A stretch of 36,406 bases of DNA, from the NCBI GenBank assembly GCA_905234005.1, contig CAJOFW010000001.1:1-36406 (forward strand), given 5' to 3'. The translations under genes and the position numbers were made by a program. The notes below the pieces were generated by a model. It ran no database searches and was not told the DNA's origin. It saw only the letters and a program-made list of their open reading frames with translations. Every line of letters starts with the position of its first letter. Position 1 is the stretch's first letter. Below, piece by piece: positions 28,168 to 36,406 of this stretch. This DNA comes from an uncultured Oscillospiraceae bacterium. GTDB taxonomy: Bacteria > Bacillota > Clostridia > Oscillospirales > Oscillospiraceae.

Positions 28168-29310
28168 ATGGATCTTCAGGAGCTGAACGAACAGATCACC
28201 GCCATCGACGACGAGCTGGCCGCCCTCTTCGCAAAGCGCATGGCGCTGTCGGCGGACGTCGCCCGCGAGAAGGCCGCAAACGGCATCATCACCCCGGACG
28301 TCGCCCTCGAACGCGCCGGACGCATCCGCTTCCGCGAAAACGCCGGCGGGGCGCTGGAGGGCTACGCGGGCGTTCTGTACTCCACGCTGACCGACGTGAG
28401 CCGCAGCTATCAGGCCGCCGTCACGACCGGGGAGAACCCGGTCGCCGCACGCATGGCCGCCGCGATCGAGCACACGCCGAAGCTCTTTCCGGAGAAGGCG
28501 GCCGTCGTCTGCCAGGGCGTCGAGGGGGCGTACTCGCAGATCGCGGCGGAGCTGCTGTTTTCGGAGGCGGAGCTTCAGTTTGTGAGCAGCTTCGAGTCCG
28601 TGTTCGCCGCGATCGACCGGGGCGACGCACGCTACGGCGTGCTGCCGCTCGAGAACAGCACGGCCGGTTCGGTCAACAAAATCTACGACCTCATGATGGA
28701 ATACAACTTCAGCATCGTCCGCTCCGCCCGCATCAAGATCGACCACTGCCTGCTGGCCCGTCCCGGCGCGACGATCGACGGCATCCGCGAGATATACTCC
28801 CACGAGCAGGCGATCAGCCAGTGCGCCGGGTTTCTGCAGTCGCTGCCGAACGTGCGCGTGACCGCCTGCGCCAACACGGCCATGGCCGCGCAGCTCGTGG
28901 CGGAGTCGGGCCGGTCGGACGCGGCGGCGCTGTCGTCGCACAGCTGCGCGGAGCTGTACGGGCTCAAGACGCTCCGCAACTCCGTGCAGGACAAGGGCAA
29001 CAACCACACCCGGTTCATCTGCATCGGCCGGGAGCTGGAGATCTACCCCGGCGCCGACCGGACGAGCATCATGCTCACGACGCCGCACCGCCCCGGCTCG
29101 CTGTACCGGATCATGGCCCGCATCACGGCGCTCGGCGTGAACCTGACTAAGCTCGAGAGCCGCCCCCTGCCCGACCGGGATTTTGAGTTCATGTTCTACT
29201 TCGACCTCGACGCCCCCGTCTACGCCCCCAAGCTCCACCAGCTCATGGCCGACCTCGACAACCTCTGCGAGACCTTCCGCTACCTCGGCAGCTACTCGGA
29301 AATCGTGTGA
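28168..29310 (+). CDS. pheA: Chorismate mutase / prephenate dehydratase (P-protein)
   Basis: N-terminal CM_2-like helix; QGVEGAYS, PLENSTAGSV, SHEQA..QC, NHTRF, ACT domain NLTKLESRP. Confidence 0.95.
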   Translation: MDLQELNEQITAIDDELAALFAKRMALSADVAREKAANGIITPDVALERAGRIRFRENAGGALEGYAGVLYSTLTDVSRSYQAAVTTGENPVAARMAAAIEHTPKLFPEKAAVVCQGVEGAYSQIAAELLFSEAELQFVSSFESVFAAIDRGDARYGVLPLENSTAGSVNKIYDLMMEYNFSIVRSARIKIDHCLLARPGATIDGIREIYSHEQAISQCAGFLQSLPNVRVTACANTAMAAQLVAESGRSDAAALSSHSCAELYGLKTLRNSVQDKGNNHTRFICIGRELEIYPGADRTSIMLTTPHRPGSLYRIMARITALGVNLTKLESRPLPDRDFEFMFYFDLDAPVYAPKLHQLMADLDNLCETFRYLGSYSEIV

Positions 29311-29408
29311 TACTTTTTCTTGAAAGAAAAAGTATCAAAAAGAACTTTGTATTCGCCTCAAAACGGCAGCATTTCCAAGGTTTTGCGCCCGGTAACGAAA
29401 CAAAGCTT
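29308..29408 (+). repeat. ~120-bp dispersed repeat, copy 5 (3'-truncated)
   Basis: Begins at the pheA TGA; 13-bp perfect leading stem TGATACTTTTTCT / AGAAAAAGTATCA. Confidence 0.93.
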
Positions 29409-29424
29409 CGCCTGTTTTCTTCGT

Positions 29425-30123
29425 TTATACGCCTTGCTCCGCGTGGCCCCAGAGCTTGGCTCGCAGGGGGGCGCAGGCCCGGCCGAAGGTCATCCATTCG
29501 GCGAGGGCGCACAGGGGCAGGGCGGCGAGGATGTCCACGACCGAGTGCTGCTTCACAAAGCTCACCGATACGCAGATGAGGAGCACGGCGACCGTGATGA
29601 ACGCCTTGAGCGGCTTCGGCGCGTCGGGCTTTCTCAGCCATGTGGACAGGATGCCCAGCGAGTAGCCGACGTGCAGCGACGGACACACGCCCGTCGGCGT
29701 GTCGAACCAGTACACGAACGCCATCGCCCGTGTCAGGAAATTGTCCCGGGGGAACGTCTCGGGCCGCAGCTCCTGCCGGCTCGGCCAGAGGATGTAGACC
29801 GCCATCGCGACCACCTGCGTGATGATGATGTACGTCTGCGCCCGCCGGAACGCGGGCACGTCGAACAGCAGGAAAAACAGCAGCGTGCCGAATACGAGCA
29901 CGTACCAGAACGAGTACGCCAGCAGAAACCGCTCGTCGAACGGGATGACGTCGTCGAGCGCGCAGTGGATGACGTGGCAGCGCTCGTACGGGATCAGCCT
30001 TTCCGTCAGGGCGTAGAGAACGAAATAGCCCACCCAGCCCCAGAGCAGGTTCAGGTGGTAAAAGCGCGGCTCGCCGAGACGTGACAGGCGAAAGCCGCTG
30101 TAATCATAGAGCTTCAGGTTCAT
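29425..30123 (-). CDS. PAP2-superfamily membrane phosphoesterase/phosphotransferase
   Basis: Multiple TM segments; LRP, CPSLHV, KQHSVVD motifs. Confidence 0.85.
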   Translation of the reverse strand: MNLKLYDYSGFRLSRLGEPRFYHLNLLWGWVGYFVLYALTERLIPYERCHVIHCALDDVIPFDERFLLAYSFWYVLVFGTLLFFLLFDVPAFRRAQTYIIITQVVAMAVYILWPSRQELRPETFPRDNFLTRAMAFVYWFDTPTGVCPSLHVGYSLGILSTWLRKPDAPKPLKAFITVAVLLICVSVSFVKQHSVVDILAALPLCALAEWMTFGRACAPLRAKLWGHAEQGV

Positions 30124-30910
30124 GCGACGCTTCCTCTCCGGGGATGCTTGCGGGGATGTTTGCGGGATAGAGCCGCTTCGGGATGTTGCGGTACGGCACC
30201 ACGGTGTGCCTCGGCAGCGAGCACGCCATCGCCGTGATCGCCTCCATCAGCGCGGCGCAGATTCGCTCGCGCTCCGCCGCCGGGGACGCGGCGGGGTCGT
30301 ACACGACCGGCTCGCCGAAATACACCGTCTTCAGCGCCGGGGCGACGTACATCGGGACGAACGACAGCGCCCGTCCCGTCCTTTTGTGGTAGAACCGGGC
30401 CACGTCGACGAACTTGTCCCGAAACGCGTATAATATGTGGTTGTACGGCGCGTCGTACTCGGGAAATATCACGATGCCCGCGCCGTCGTCCAGCCGGGCG
30501 ATCGTCTCACGGAACGTCGTGACGATGCGGGTGTCGTGGTAGACCGGTATCGTCCGGGCGTTGTTGAACACGCATACCGAAAGCGGCGCGATGATATAGG
30601 ACAGGAGCCTGTAAAACCAGCGGACATATCGCGGCTTCTGCGACCAGAAATCGCTGTACGCGTAGGCGGGCACCTCGGACAGCGTCATCATCTCGGCGGC
30701 GCACCAGGTAAAGTGCTCGCCGGGGATGTACAGCTCGCTCACGATCGGCCCGTTCATCTGCGTGTGGTTGCCGACGATCACGCAGTCGCGTCCGGGCAGC
30801 GCCTCCGCCCCGACGACCGCCGTGCGGGGATAGAACAGCTTCACAAGCGCCCGGATGAGCCGGTACAGCCCCGGCGCGTGGTTGTGGTTGGGGTTGCGGT
30901 CAGACGCCAT
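30104..30910 (-). CDS. PlsC-like glycerolipid acyltransferase-family protein
   Basis: IVGNH motif I (lacking the Asp), IPV, IVIFPE motif III, VPMYV...VYFGEP. Confidence 0.65.
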   Translation of the reverse strand: MASDRNPNHNHAPGLYRLIRALVKLFYPRTAVVGAEALPGRDCVIVGNHTQMNGPIVSELYIPGEHFTWCAAEMMTLSEVPAYAYSDFWSQKPRYVRWFYRLLSYIIAPLSVCVFNNARTIPVYHDTRIVTTFRETIARLDDGAGIVIFPEYDAPYNHILYAFRDKFVDVARFYHKRTGRALSFVPMYVAPALKTVYFGEPVVYDPAASPAAERERICAALMEAITAMACSLPRHTVVPYRNIPKRLYPANIPASIPGEEASHEPEAL

Positions 30911-32185
30911 TTATTCCGCCTCCGTTTGCGTCACGCGCAGGCGTTCGACGCGTTTGTCGTCTGTCTCGAGGACGGTGATCAAAAGGTTTTTATACGTCAG
31001 CTCGTCGCCCGGGGAGACGAAGCCGCCCTGCAGCTCCATGACCCACCCGCCGACGGTCTCGCTCTCGAATTCGCCGCCGTCGTCCTCCAGTCCGGCCAGC
31101 TCGAGGAAGTCGCCAAGCGACATATCGCCGTCCAGCTCCCAGCCGCCGCCGGGCGTCTCGACGACCTCCGGCTCGACCTCGTCCGTCTCGTCCCAGATGT
31201 CGCCGACGAGCGATTCGAGCACGTCCTCCATCGTGACGACGCCGGCGGTGCCGCCGTATTCGTCGGTGACAATGGCGAGGTGCGTCTGCCGCCGCTTCAG
31301 CTCCTCGAGCACGGCGGGCAGCTTGACGGTCTTGTAGATGAAGCACGGCTCGGACAGCAGCGGCCGCACGTCGACCGGCCCGCCGTCCAGCATGGCGCGA
31401 AACAGCGCGTTTAAGTGGAGCACGCCGATGATGTTGTCGGTGTCGCCCTCGTAGACGGGCAGACGGGTGTGCGCCGCCTCGTTCGCGGCGGCGAGGATGT
31501 CCTCCCAGTCGTCGTCGATGTCGATCGCGGTCATGTCCACACGGGCGGTCATGACCTCGCTGACCGATATATCGACAAAGTCCAGCGCCGCCTGCAGAAG
31601 CTCGGAGCGGTCGCCGTCGATGACCGCCTCGTCCTCGGCGGTCTCGATGATGGACTGCAGCTCCTCGACGGCGGCCTCCTGCCCGTCGTCCCCGGACGCG
31701 TCCGGCGCGGGCAGACGCTTCGCGATGAACTCCGTGACCGTCACGGCGCACCAGACGAGCGGCGTAAGCACCGCCGCGAGGACGCGGACAGGGCGCGCCG
31801 AGGCGAGGGCGAACCGGTTCGCGTTCCTGCGGGCGAGGATCTTGGGGATCGTCTCGCCGAAGATGATGACGATCACGGTCACGGCGACGGTCGCGGCGGT
31901 GGCGCACAGACCGGCGGCGATACCCGTCCGCGCCGCGACGGCGAGGGCGATGACCGAGCTGAGCGACGACGCGCACACGTTCACGAGGTTGTTGCCGATC
32001 AAAATCGCGCCGAGCGCCCGGTCAAAGCGCTCGAGCAGCGCCAGCGCGGCGGCGGCGCGGCGGTCGCCGTCCTCCCCGGCGCTCTCGAGGCGCAGACGGT
32101 TCGCGCCGGACAGCGCCATCTCCGACGCGGAGAAGAACGCGGACAGCGCAAAGCACGCGATGAGCGCGATGATATAGCCCGTCAT
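30911..32185 (-). CDS. CNNM/HlyC-CorC family membrane protein (DUF21-CBS-CorC)
   Basis: FFSASEMA, LIGNNLVN, FGETIPK, TRLPVY, DEYGGTAGVVTMEDVLE. Confidence 0.93.
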   Translation of the reverse strand: MTGYIIALIACFALSAFFSASEMALSGANRLRLESAGEDGDRRAAAALALLERFDRALGAILIGNNLVNVCASSLSSVIALAVAARTGIAAGLCATAATVAVTVIVIIFGETIPKILARRNANRFALASARPVRVLAAVLTPLVWCAVTVTEFIAKRLPAPDASGDDGQEAAVEELQSIIETAEDEAVIDGDRSELLQAALDFVDISVSEVMTARVDMTAIDIDDDWEDILAAANEAAHTRLPVYEGDTDNIIGVLHLNALFRAMLDGGPVDVRPLLSEPCFIYKTVKLPAVLEELKRRQTHLAIVTDEYGGTAGVVTMEDVLESLVGDIWDETDEVEPEVVETPGGGWELDGDMSLGDFLELAGLEDDGGEFESETVGGWVMELQGGFVSPGDELTYKNLLITVLETDDKRVERLRVTQTEAE

Positions 32186-33462
32186 GTCGTCTCGCCCCCC
32201 TCCTTAACCGGCAGACGCCGGGCGGTCAGCTTGCGGATGCGGTGGCGGCGCACGTCGGACAGCGTGAACTCGAGGCCGTGGTACGTGAAGCTGTCACGCT
32301 GGGAGGGCAGCAGCGGAAAGTGCTCGAGCGCCCACTCGTTTAGGGATTTGTGGATCAGCGTCTCGTCGTCCTCGGGGTCGTCGAAATCGAGCAGCTCGAA
32401 CGCCTCGGCGACGTCCAGCCCGGCGTCCAGCTCGTACCGTCCGCCGCCCAGGGGCCGGAACAGCTCCTCCGGCTCGTCCTCCTCGTCGTAGATCTCGCCG
32501 ACAAGCTCCTCGAGGATGTCCTCCACCGTCACGACGCCGAGGGTGCCGCCCCACGCGTCCGTGACGATGGCCATGTTCTGCTTCTTGCGGCTCATCTCGG
32601 GCAGAAGGTCGTCGACCTTCGCCGTCGCGGGCACGAAAAACGGCGCGTCCAGAAGCTCCCGCAGGACGAGGGCGTCGCCCTCCCGCAGCCAGGCACGGAT
32701 ATACCGGCGTATCTGCAGCACGCCGATGATGTTGTCGATGTGCTCCTCGTAGACGGGCATGCGGCTGTGCCGCTGCTCGCGGATGAACGCGGTGATCCGG
32801 TCGGCCGGCCACGACGCGTCCACCGCCGCCATGTCCACGCGGGCGGTCAGGACGTGCTCGACCGTGATGTCGCCGAACTCGAGGGCGTTCTGCACAAGAC
32901 CGGCCTGCTCCTCGTCGAGACGGCCGGCGTCGGACATATCCTCGACGATGTCGTACAGCTCGTCCTCCGTGACGGAGACCGCGCCGTCGCCCTTCGTGTG
33001 CCGGGCGGCGGCCTCCCCGATCGCGGCGAGAAGACGCGCCAGCGGGCCGAAAACACGCATAAAAAAGCAGAGCGGCCCCGCGGTGCGCAGGCACAGCCGC
33101 TCACTGTATTTTTTGGCGACGGATTTCGGGAGCATCTCGCCGAACAGAAACAGCACCAGCGTCGTAGCCGCCGCGCCCCACACGGCCGCGCCGGCGCCCC
33201 AGCGCGTCGTGACGAGCACCGTCACGACGGCGGCGGCGGTCAGATGCGTGATGTTCGTGCCGATGAGGATCGTGGTTATGGCGCGGTCGATGTTGTCGAG
33301 CACGTACAGCGCCCGCTTCGCGCCGGGGTCGCCCCTGTCCTGCCGCGCCTTCAGCCGCGCCCGGGAAGCGGACGCGAACGCCGTCTCGGCGGCGGCGAAA
33401 AATATGGCGCAGGCCAGAAGCACGGCCAGCGCGGCGACGGACAGCCAACTGCCATCGTCCAT
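32182..33462 (-). CDS. CNNM/HlyC-CorC family membrane protein (paralog)
   Basis: FFAAAETA, LIGTNI, FGEMLPK, HSRMPVY, GGTLGVVTVEDILEELVGEIYDE. Confidence 0.93.
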   Translation of the reverse strand: MDDGSWLSVAALAVLLACAIFFAAAETAFASASRARLKARQDRGDPGAKRALYVLDNIDRAITTILIGTNITHLTAAAVVTVLVTTRWGAGAAVWGAAATTLVLFLFGEMLPKSVAKKYSERLCLRTAGPLCFFMRVFGPLARLLAAIGEAAARHTKGDGAVSVTEDELYDIVEDMSDAGRLDEEQAGLVQNALEFGDITVEHVLTARVDMAAVDASWPADRITAFIREQRHSRMPVYEEHIDNIIGVLQIRRYIRAWLREGDALVLRELLDAPFFVPATAKVDDLLPEMSRKKQNMAIVTDAWGGTLGVVTVEDILEELVGEIYDEEDEPEELFRPLGGGRYELDAGLDVAEAFELLDFDDPEDDETLIHKSLNEWALEHFPLLPSQRDSFTYHGLEFTLSDVRRHRIRKLTARRLPVKEGGETT

Positions 33463-33508
33463 GGAGGAAAACCACCTCGCAATATGTCTATAATATGTAA
33501 TTCACATT

Positions 33509-33537
33509 ATTTTATCACGAATGCGCCCGCTCGTCAA
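33509..33537 (-). promoter_or_regulatory. SigA promoter of the CNNM operon
   Basis: TTGACG-17-TAAAAT with extended -10 TG. Confidence 0.65.
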
Positions 33538-33666
33538 CGCCCTGTGTGCCCCGCCGGGAAACCGCCGCGAAAAGACGCCTGACCGATTTTGCGAAAGCTG
33601 TTGCCAAAGCGATCCGATTATGTTAACATAGGCTGTATCATTCTGTCATATCCGGGAGGCTCTTCG

Positions 33667-34788
33667 ATGGCAATCGAACGGAGGACCTCGGCGGTCGTCC
33701 ACACGGAACGGCTCGCCGCGAACATCGAGAACATCCGCCGCCGGCTCGCGCCGGGCGCGGAGATCATCGCCGTGCTCAAGGCGGACGCCTACGGCCACGG
33801 CATCGAGAACATCTATCCCACGCTCCGGGACGCCGGCGTGCGGCGGTACGCCGTGGCGCTCTGGGAGGAGGGCGCGGCCCTGCGGCGGGCCGGGGCCGAA
33901 ACCGAGAGCATCCTTCTGCTCGGCGACACCTGGGACGGCTCTCTGGGCGAGCTTATCCAATGGCGGCTCACGCCGACGATCTTCGCCGTGGAGACGGCGG
34001 AGAAATTAAACGCGCTCGCGGCGGCGGCCGGGGTCGTCCAGCCGATCCAGCTCAAGATCGACACGGGCATGCACCGCATCGGCTTCCCGGCCGGGCCGGC
34101 GTGCTTCGAGGCGGTCGAACGCGTCGCGGCGATGGAGCACCTCTCCATCGAGGGCGCGTTCACGCACTACCCCTGCGCCGACGACGACGAGGCGCTGACA
34201 CGGGCGCAGCTCAAGTCGTTTCTCGATACGGTTTCGGCGCTGCGGGCACGGGGCGTCGCCATACCGTTTCTGCACAGCGCCGGCAGTCCCTCGCTTCTTC
34301 TGCACCCGTGGGCGCACCTCGACGGCGTCCGGGTCGGCGACCTGCTGTACGGCCTCAGTCCGTTCGACGATGAGACCGAATACCGCGCCATGGGCTTTCA
34401 GGAGGTCATGACGTGGCACACCTACGCCGCCCTCGTGAAGGACGTCGCCGCCGGGGAACGCGTCGGCTACGGCGGCACGTACACCGCGCCGCGTGATATC
34501 CGGCTCGCTACGCTGCCCGTCGGCTTCGCGGACGGCTACAGCCGCCGCCTGTCGAACATCGGCAGCGTGATCATCCGCGGGCAGGAGGCGCCGATACGCG
34601 GCCGCGTCTGCATGGATCAGATGATGGTCGACGTGACCGACATCCCCGGCGTGCGGCGCGGCGACGAGGTGACGCTGCTCGGCGGGCCGATGAACGCCAC
34701 CCGCATGGCGGCGCTGAGCGGCCTGAGCATCGACGAGGTCGTCTGCAATATCTCCCGCCGCGTCCCCCGCGTCCGCGACGGGGCGTGA
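33667..34788 (+). CDS. alr: Alanine racemase
   Basis: AVLKADAYGHG, KIDTGMHRIG, VGYGG, GRVCMDQ; GGAGG RBS. Confidence 0.93.
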   Translation: MAIERRTSAVVHTERLAANIENIRRRLAPGAEIIAVLKADAYGHGIENIYPTLRDAGVRRYAVALWEEGAALRRAGAETESILLLGDTWDGSLGELIQWRLTPTIFAVETAEKLNALAAAAGVVQPIQLKIDTGMHRIGFPAGPACFEAVERVAAMEHLSIEGAFTHYPCADDDEALTRAQLKSFLDTVSALRARGVAIPFLHSAGSPSLLLHPWAHLDGVRVGDLLYGLSPFDDETEYRAMGFQEVMTWHTYAALVKDVAAGERVGYGGTYTAPRDIRLATLPVGFADGYSRRLSNIGSVIIRGQEAPIRGRVCMDQMMVDVTDIPGVRRGDEVTLLGGPMNATRMAALSGLSIDEVVCNISRRVPRVRDGA

Positions 34789-34806
34789 CAGGGGCTTTTC
34801 GGCGGC

Positions 34807-34835
34807 TTTACAATTTCGCCGGCGTGTGGTATAGT
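34807..34835 (+). promoter_or_regulatory. SigA promoter for the ATP-grasp gene
   Basis: TTTACA-17-TATAGT with extended -10 TG. Confidence 0.65.
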
Positions 34836-34887
34836 TTCATGCGCCGTCCGGGATACTACAGGTTGCCCGGCGCGGCCGCCATACCGG

Positions 34888-34917
34888 CACACACTGTATA
34901 CACACACACTGTATACA
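34888..34917 (+). repeat. Perfect 15-bp tandem duplication in the 5' UTR
   Basis: cacacactgtataca x2, each containing the palindrome TGTATACA. Confidence 0.9.
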
Positions 34918-34974
34918 AAAGTATGCATCACCTGCATACAAAACTATATATCGGATCATCAACGGGAGAACAAT

Positions 34975-35997
34975 ATGGGCTTTGCGAAATATTACATGCG
35001 TGTCGTCTCCGGCATGAGCTTCAAAAAATTCAACACCATCCTCGAACGGGCGCACAAGGCGTCGGGGCGCAGCAAGCTCTGGCTGACGAAGGACATCATC
35101 CACTGCGGACTCAAATTCGGCGGCGGCTACAACGACTACATGGCCTTCGGCTGGTGGGACTTAAACGACGAGCAGCGCTCCACCTACGTCACCCGCGTCG
35201 TATCGAAAAAGCTCGTGACGCTCTTAAACGACGAGAGCCAGTCGCATTTCTTCGACGACAAGGAGCAGTTTTACACGCTGTTTCACGACTACATCGGCCG
35301 CGAGTTCCTGAACTTCCGCACGGCGAAGAAGGAGGAGGTACGGGCGTTTGTCGAGCGGCATCCGGTCATCTTCCAGAAGCCCGCCCACGGCTCGTGCGGC
35401 CGGGGCTGTTCGCGGTTTGATTCGCGTCAATTCGAGAGCTTCGACGCGTTCTACGACGAGCTGAAGGCGCAGGACGCGTGGCTGATCGAGGAGGTGCTGC
35501 GCCAGCACCCCGATCAGGAGGCCGTCTACCCGAACGCGATGAACTGCATGCGCCTCATCACGCTCGTGGACTCGCAGAACGGCGAGCCGCACGTCATCTA
35601 CGCGACGCAGAAATTCGGCCTGAACGGCCGCGTCGTCGACAACTACGGCTTCGGCTGCCGGGTCGACCTCGAGACCGGCGTCGTGTGCTCCCCCGGCGTG
35701 TCCGGCGACGCGACCGAGGCCGTCGTCTACACCGAGCACCCGCTCACGCATATGCCGATCCCCGGCCACAAAATCCCGATGTTCCACGAGGCGTGCGAGA
35801 TGGTCAAACGCGCCGCCCTCGTCGTGCCGGGTATGCGCTACATCGGCTGGGACGTCGGCATCACCCCGGACGGCCCCGCCATCGTCGAGGGCAACAACTA
35901 CTGCGCCCACGATTTCTGGCAGCTCCCCGCCCAGACCCCCGAAAAAACCGGTATGCTCCCGGTCTTCGAGAAGTACGTCCCGGAATTTCACAGATAA
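34975..35997 (+). CDS. Sugar-transfer-associated ATP-grasp protein (ATPgrasp_ST-like)
   Basis: DDK..F, KP..GSCGRG, LIEE.L.QH, N..RLITL, DN, HP.T, YIGWDV.IT..GP.IVEGN. Confidence 0.82.
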   Translation: MGFAKYYMRVVSGMSFKKFNTILERAHKASGRSKLWLTKDIIHCGLKFGGGYNDYMAFGWWDLNDEQRSTYVTRVVSKKLVTLLNDESQSHFFDDKEQFYTLFHDYIGREFLNFRTAKKEEVRAFVERHPVIFQKPAHGSCGRGCSRFDSRQFESFDAFYDELKAQDAWLIEEVLRQHPDQEAVYPNAMNCMRLITLVDSQNGEPHVIYATQKFGLNGRVVDNYGFGCRVDLETGVVCSPGVSGDATEAVVYTEHPLTHMPIPGHKIPMFHEACEMVKRAALVVPGMRYIGWDVGITPDGPAIVEGNNYCAHDFWQLPAQTPEKTGMLPVFEKYVPEFHR

Positions 35998-36055
35998 TGC
36001 CTTTCCCGAAGAAACGGAATAAGAAACAGCAAAACAGAAATGGTAAAATAATAAG

Positions 36056-36093
36056 CACAGGGCCGTTCCGAACGGAGCGGCCCTGTGTTTTTT
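36056..36093 (+). terminator. Intrinsic terminator between convergent genes
   Basis: cacagggccgttcc-gaac-ggagcggccctgtg-tttttt. Confidence 0.8.
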
Positions 36094-36100
36094 GAGCGGA

Positions 36101-36406
36101 TCATATGACGTAGTTGTCCCCCGGCGCGCCGGTCTGGACGAGATCGGCGATCGTGTAGCGGTCGAGATATTCGTTGATGACGCGGTCGAGTCCCTGCCAC
36201 ATCTCCAGCGTGCGGCAGTTCACGGCCTGGTCGCACAACGGCGCGCCCGGCTCGAGACACGCCACCGGCGCGAGCGTTCCCTCCGTCATGCGCAGGATGA
36301 AGCCGACGGTGCAGCGCTCCGGCGGCATGATGAAGCGGTAGCCGCCGCCCTTGCCGCGCAGACCGGAGAGCACGCCGCCCTTGACGAGCAGCTTCATGAT
36401 GCTCTC
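36101..36406 (-). CDS. Rrf2-family regulator (5' end outside the window), three conserved Cys
   Basis: RGKGGGY, TVG.ILR..EG.LAPVAC...C....C...MW..L. Confidence 0.9.
   Translation of the reverse strand, partial: ESIMKLLVKGGVLSGLRGKGGGYRFIMPPERCTVGFILRMTEGTLAPVACLEPGAPLCDQAVNCRTLEMWQGLDRVINEYLDRYTIADLVQTGAPGDNYVI

Noticed and set aside
34839..34974. His/Tyr-rich leader peptide before the ATP-grasp gene
   Set aside because: The frame does not stop before the gene, has no RBS, and no terminator follows

Overview
High-GC chromosomal segment from a Clostridia-type bacterium (Oscillospiraceae-like; taxonomy is inferred from gene content). Left to right it holds: a lower-GC variable tip (zinc-ribbon membrane protein, XRE regulator, small protein behind a large structured leader); a LysR-controlled catabolic cluster whose enzymes resemble gut flavonoid-degrading enzymes (MFS transporter, flavone-reductase-like FMN protein, Zn dehydrogenase, OYE/Fe-S reductase, PhlG/phloretin-hydrolase-like C-C hydrolase); an Opp/Dpp ABC transporter with no binding protein, running into a MoxR-VWA pair; a MelB-type symporter; an SLH-anchored CHAP-like hydrolase; a DD-carboxypeptidase; comEA-RR-HK-GerMN-pepP-efp; pheA; a CNNM-CNNM-acyltransferase-PAP2 operon; alr; an ATP-grasp protein; and a truncated Rrf2 gene. 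The most notable non-coding signals are: (1) five copies of a ~120-bp structured repeat at gene 3' ends, always in the sense orientation, one of them translated; (2) a probable sRNA carrying an anti-SD/anti-AUG tract behind four 11-bp-phased TTCACA-like boxes; (3) a Phe-rich leader-peptide attenuator upstream of pheA; (4) a ~165-nt long-hairpin plus terminator leader; (5) a hairpin-dense 300-bp spacer. All family calls come from reading motifs by eye; no database search was run.
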